Part shown: piece after piece, positions 62,510 through 64,000 of the stretch
Layout: every line of letters starts with the position of its first letter
Position numbering within the stretch: the stretch's first letter is position 1
Assembly (NCBI GenBank): GCA_947581615.1
Contig: CANPVD010000064.1
Span: forward strand, 53,071-117,070
Origin: Candidatus Humimonas hydrogenitrophica
GTDB taxonomy: Bacteria; Gemmatimonadota; Gemmatimonadetes; Palauibacterales; Palauibacteraceae
Length of the DNA: 64,000 nt
Direction of reading: 5' to 3'
Notes under the pieces: model-generated
What the model was told of the DNA's origin: nothing
Seen by the model: only the letters and a program-made list of their open reading frames with translations
The model's database searches: none
Made by a program: the position numbers and the translations under genes

Positions 62510-63768
62510 GGATCGTGCACGTGGTGACCGCGTTCCCGCGCCATCCCGGGGACGTGATCACTCCCTGGATGGTCGAGCTCGTGCGCCGATCGCGGGAGCG
62601 CGGCCTGGACGCGCGGGTGCTGGCGCCGGCCTACCGTGGGGACGGGGCCCTGGAGGTGGAGGGCATCCCCGTCCGCCGCTTCCGGTACGCCCCGGCACCG
62701 TGGGAGACGCTCACCCACGACGAGACCGTTCCCGACCGGATCCGGCGCTCACCCACCTTCGCGGGGCTCGTCCCCCTCTACCTCCTGGGCGGGTGCGCGG
62801 CCTCGCTCGCGGCGGGCCGCGAGCGGCCGGACATCGTCCACGTGCACTGGCCCATGCCCCACGCCCTGTTCGGGGCGGCGGCCCGGTGGGCCTCGGGGCG
62901 GCGGAGCGCGCTCGTGTGCAGCTTCTACTCCGTCGAGCTCACGTGGGTGTCGCGGCGGATGCGCTGGCTTCTCCCGTTCCTGCGCTGGAGCGCGCGCACG
63001 GCGGACCAGGTGACCGCCATCTCCCATCCCACGGCGAACCTCGTCCGGGAGGTCACCGGCGTCGAGGCCCGCGTCGTGCCGTTCGCGGCGGCAGTGGGCG
63101 ACGGGTCGACCGGCGAGGACGGCGAGGCGAGGCCGCCCCTGTCGGGTGGACCCGGAGCGCCGCTCGAGCTCCTGTTCGTGGGGCGACTCGTGGAGCGTAA
63201 GGGGGTCGAGGTGATGATCCGGGCCCTACCGGCCATCCTCCGCCGCAGGCCGGCGCATCTCACCGTGGTCGGGGAGGGAGAGTGGGAGCCCGTGATCCGG
63301 GAGGCGATCCGGGAGGCGGGCGTCGAGGAGCGCGTTCGGCTCACCGGGTACGTGTCCCGCCAGACGCTGGCCCGGCTCTATCGGCAGGCGGACATGTTCG
63401 TGCTCCCGGCGGTCGTGGACCGCAAGGGAGACACGGAGGGCCTGGGGGTGGTGCTGCTCGAGGCCATGCGTCAGGGGCGCCCCGTGCTCGCCTCGCGGGT
63501 CGGCGGGATCCCCGATATCGTTGTGCACGACCGGAGCGGGTGGCTGGTGCCGCCCGGCGACCCGGAGGCTCTGGCGGACGCGGTGCTGCGGGCGGCGGCG
63601 GACCCGAACCGGACGCGTGCCGTGGCCCGCGAGGGCAGGCGGCGCGCCGTGGAGGATTTCTCGTGGGATCGGGTATTGGACGGGCTCGAGGACGCGTACG
63701 CGGCGGCGCTCGCGCGGCGGTCGGTCGGCGGCCGGCGCCACCATCGGCAGGCAGGAGTGGGAGGATGA
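62506..63768 (+). CDS. GT4 (GT-B fold, retaining) glycosyltransferase
   Basis: ATG overlaps the preceding stop (ATGA). MRIVHVVTAFPRHPGD N-terminus; EX7E motif EGLGVVLLEAM; 420 aa. Confidence 0.85.
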   Translation: MRIVHVVTAFPRHPGDVITPWMVELVRRSRERGLDARVLAPAYRGDGALEVEGIPVRRFRYAPAPWETLTHDETVPDRIRRSPTFAGLVPLYLLGGCAASLAAGRERPDIVHVHWPMPHALFGAAARWASGRRSALVCSFYSVELTWVSRRMRWLLPFLRWSARTADQVTAISHPTANLVREVTGVEARVVPFAAAVGDGSTGEDGEARPPLSGGPGAPLELLFVGRLVERKGVEVMIRALPAILRRRPAHLTVVGEGEWEPVIREAIREAGVEERVRLTGYVSRQTLARLYRQADMFVLPAVVDRKGDTEGLGVVLLEAMRQGRPVLASRVGGIPDIVVHDRSGWLVPPGDPEALADAVLRAAADPNRTRAVAREGRRRAVEDFSWDRVLDGLEDAYAAALARRSVGGRRHHRQAGVGG

Positions 63769-64000
63769 TGGGGCAGACCGCGGATCGCTACGAGTCCTTC
63801 GTTCGCTCCCGGGAATACCGGGAGGAGCGACCGGAGAAGGCCCGGGTGATCGCGCATCTTTGCCGGAACGAGCTGGAAGGTGCCGGGCGCATCGTGGACC
63901 TGGGCACCGGCACCGGCATCATCAAGAACGAGCTCGAGGTGATGTTCGACAAGTCGATCGCGGGCTTCGACCTGGACCGCTCGTTCATGGAGGCTTCCCC
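63765..64000 (+). CDS. Class I SAM-dependent methyltransferase (3'-truncated by window edge)
   Basis: ATG overlaps the GT4 stop. SAM-binding motif VDLGTGTG. The ORF runs off the end of the window. Confidence 0.6.
   Translation, partial: MMGQTADRYESFVRSREYREERPEKARVIAHLCRNELEGAGRIVDLGTGTGIIKNELEVMFDKSIAGFDLDRSFMEAS

Overview
This is a high-GC (about 70% by eye, not computed) bacterial chromosomal segment from a diderm organism, carrying a complete Lpt/KDO/lipid-A pathway block. It is densely packed, about 95% coding, with core-metabolism operons almost all on the + strand. In order they are:
- gap-pgk-tpiA-secG
- convergent rnhA and divergent carA
- sppA, an HU-family gene and a class-I aminotransferase (-)
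- a translationally coupled Moco block, hyp-moaD-moaE-moaA-hyp
- mdh-sdhCDAB, followed by an M28 lipoprotein peptidase, mazG and a DUF423 gene
- dcd and an alpha/beta-hydrolase on the minus strand
- a complete 13-cistron complex I operon, nuoA-B-CD(fused)-E-F-G-H-I-J-K-L-M-N
- a phosphohexomutase, a ~920-aa UPF0182 membrane protein coupled to an orphan carbamate kinase, sucCD and ndk
- yceD-rpmF-plsX-fabD-fabG-acpP-fabF without fabH
- ispF, dedA, xerD, a nitroreductase coupled to a secreted beta-helical protein of unknown function
- an LPS block kdsB-pyrG-kdsA-kdsC-kdsD-lptC-lptA-lptB-rpoN
- a glycosylation cassette (GT2, GT-C membrane glycosyltransferase, GT4, SAM methyltransferase) running off the window end

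I found no rRNA, tRNA, CRISPR array, IS element or phage genes. Operon architecture is dominated by stop/start overlaps (ATGA, GTGA, TGATG). The many long antisense ORFs in the six-frame track are stop-codon-poor artefacts of the GC content.

Nothing here looks like a horizontally acquired novel system. The items most worth follow-up are: the two small unknown ORFs coupled into the Moco operon; the UPF0182-carbamate kinase pair; the secreted beta-helix protein coupled to the nitroreductase; the unusually long two-domain LptA; the GT2/GT-C cassette fused onto rpoN; and a sigma70-like promoter plus palindromic operator candidate upstream of nuoA. A Gemmatimonadota-like or similar soil lineage is only a guess.
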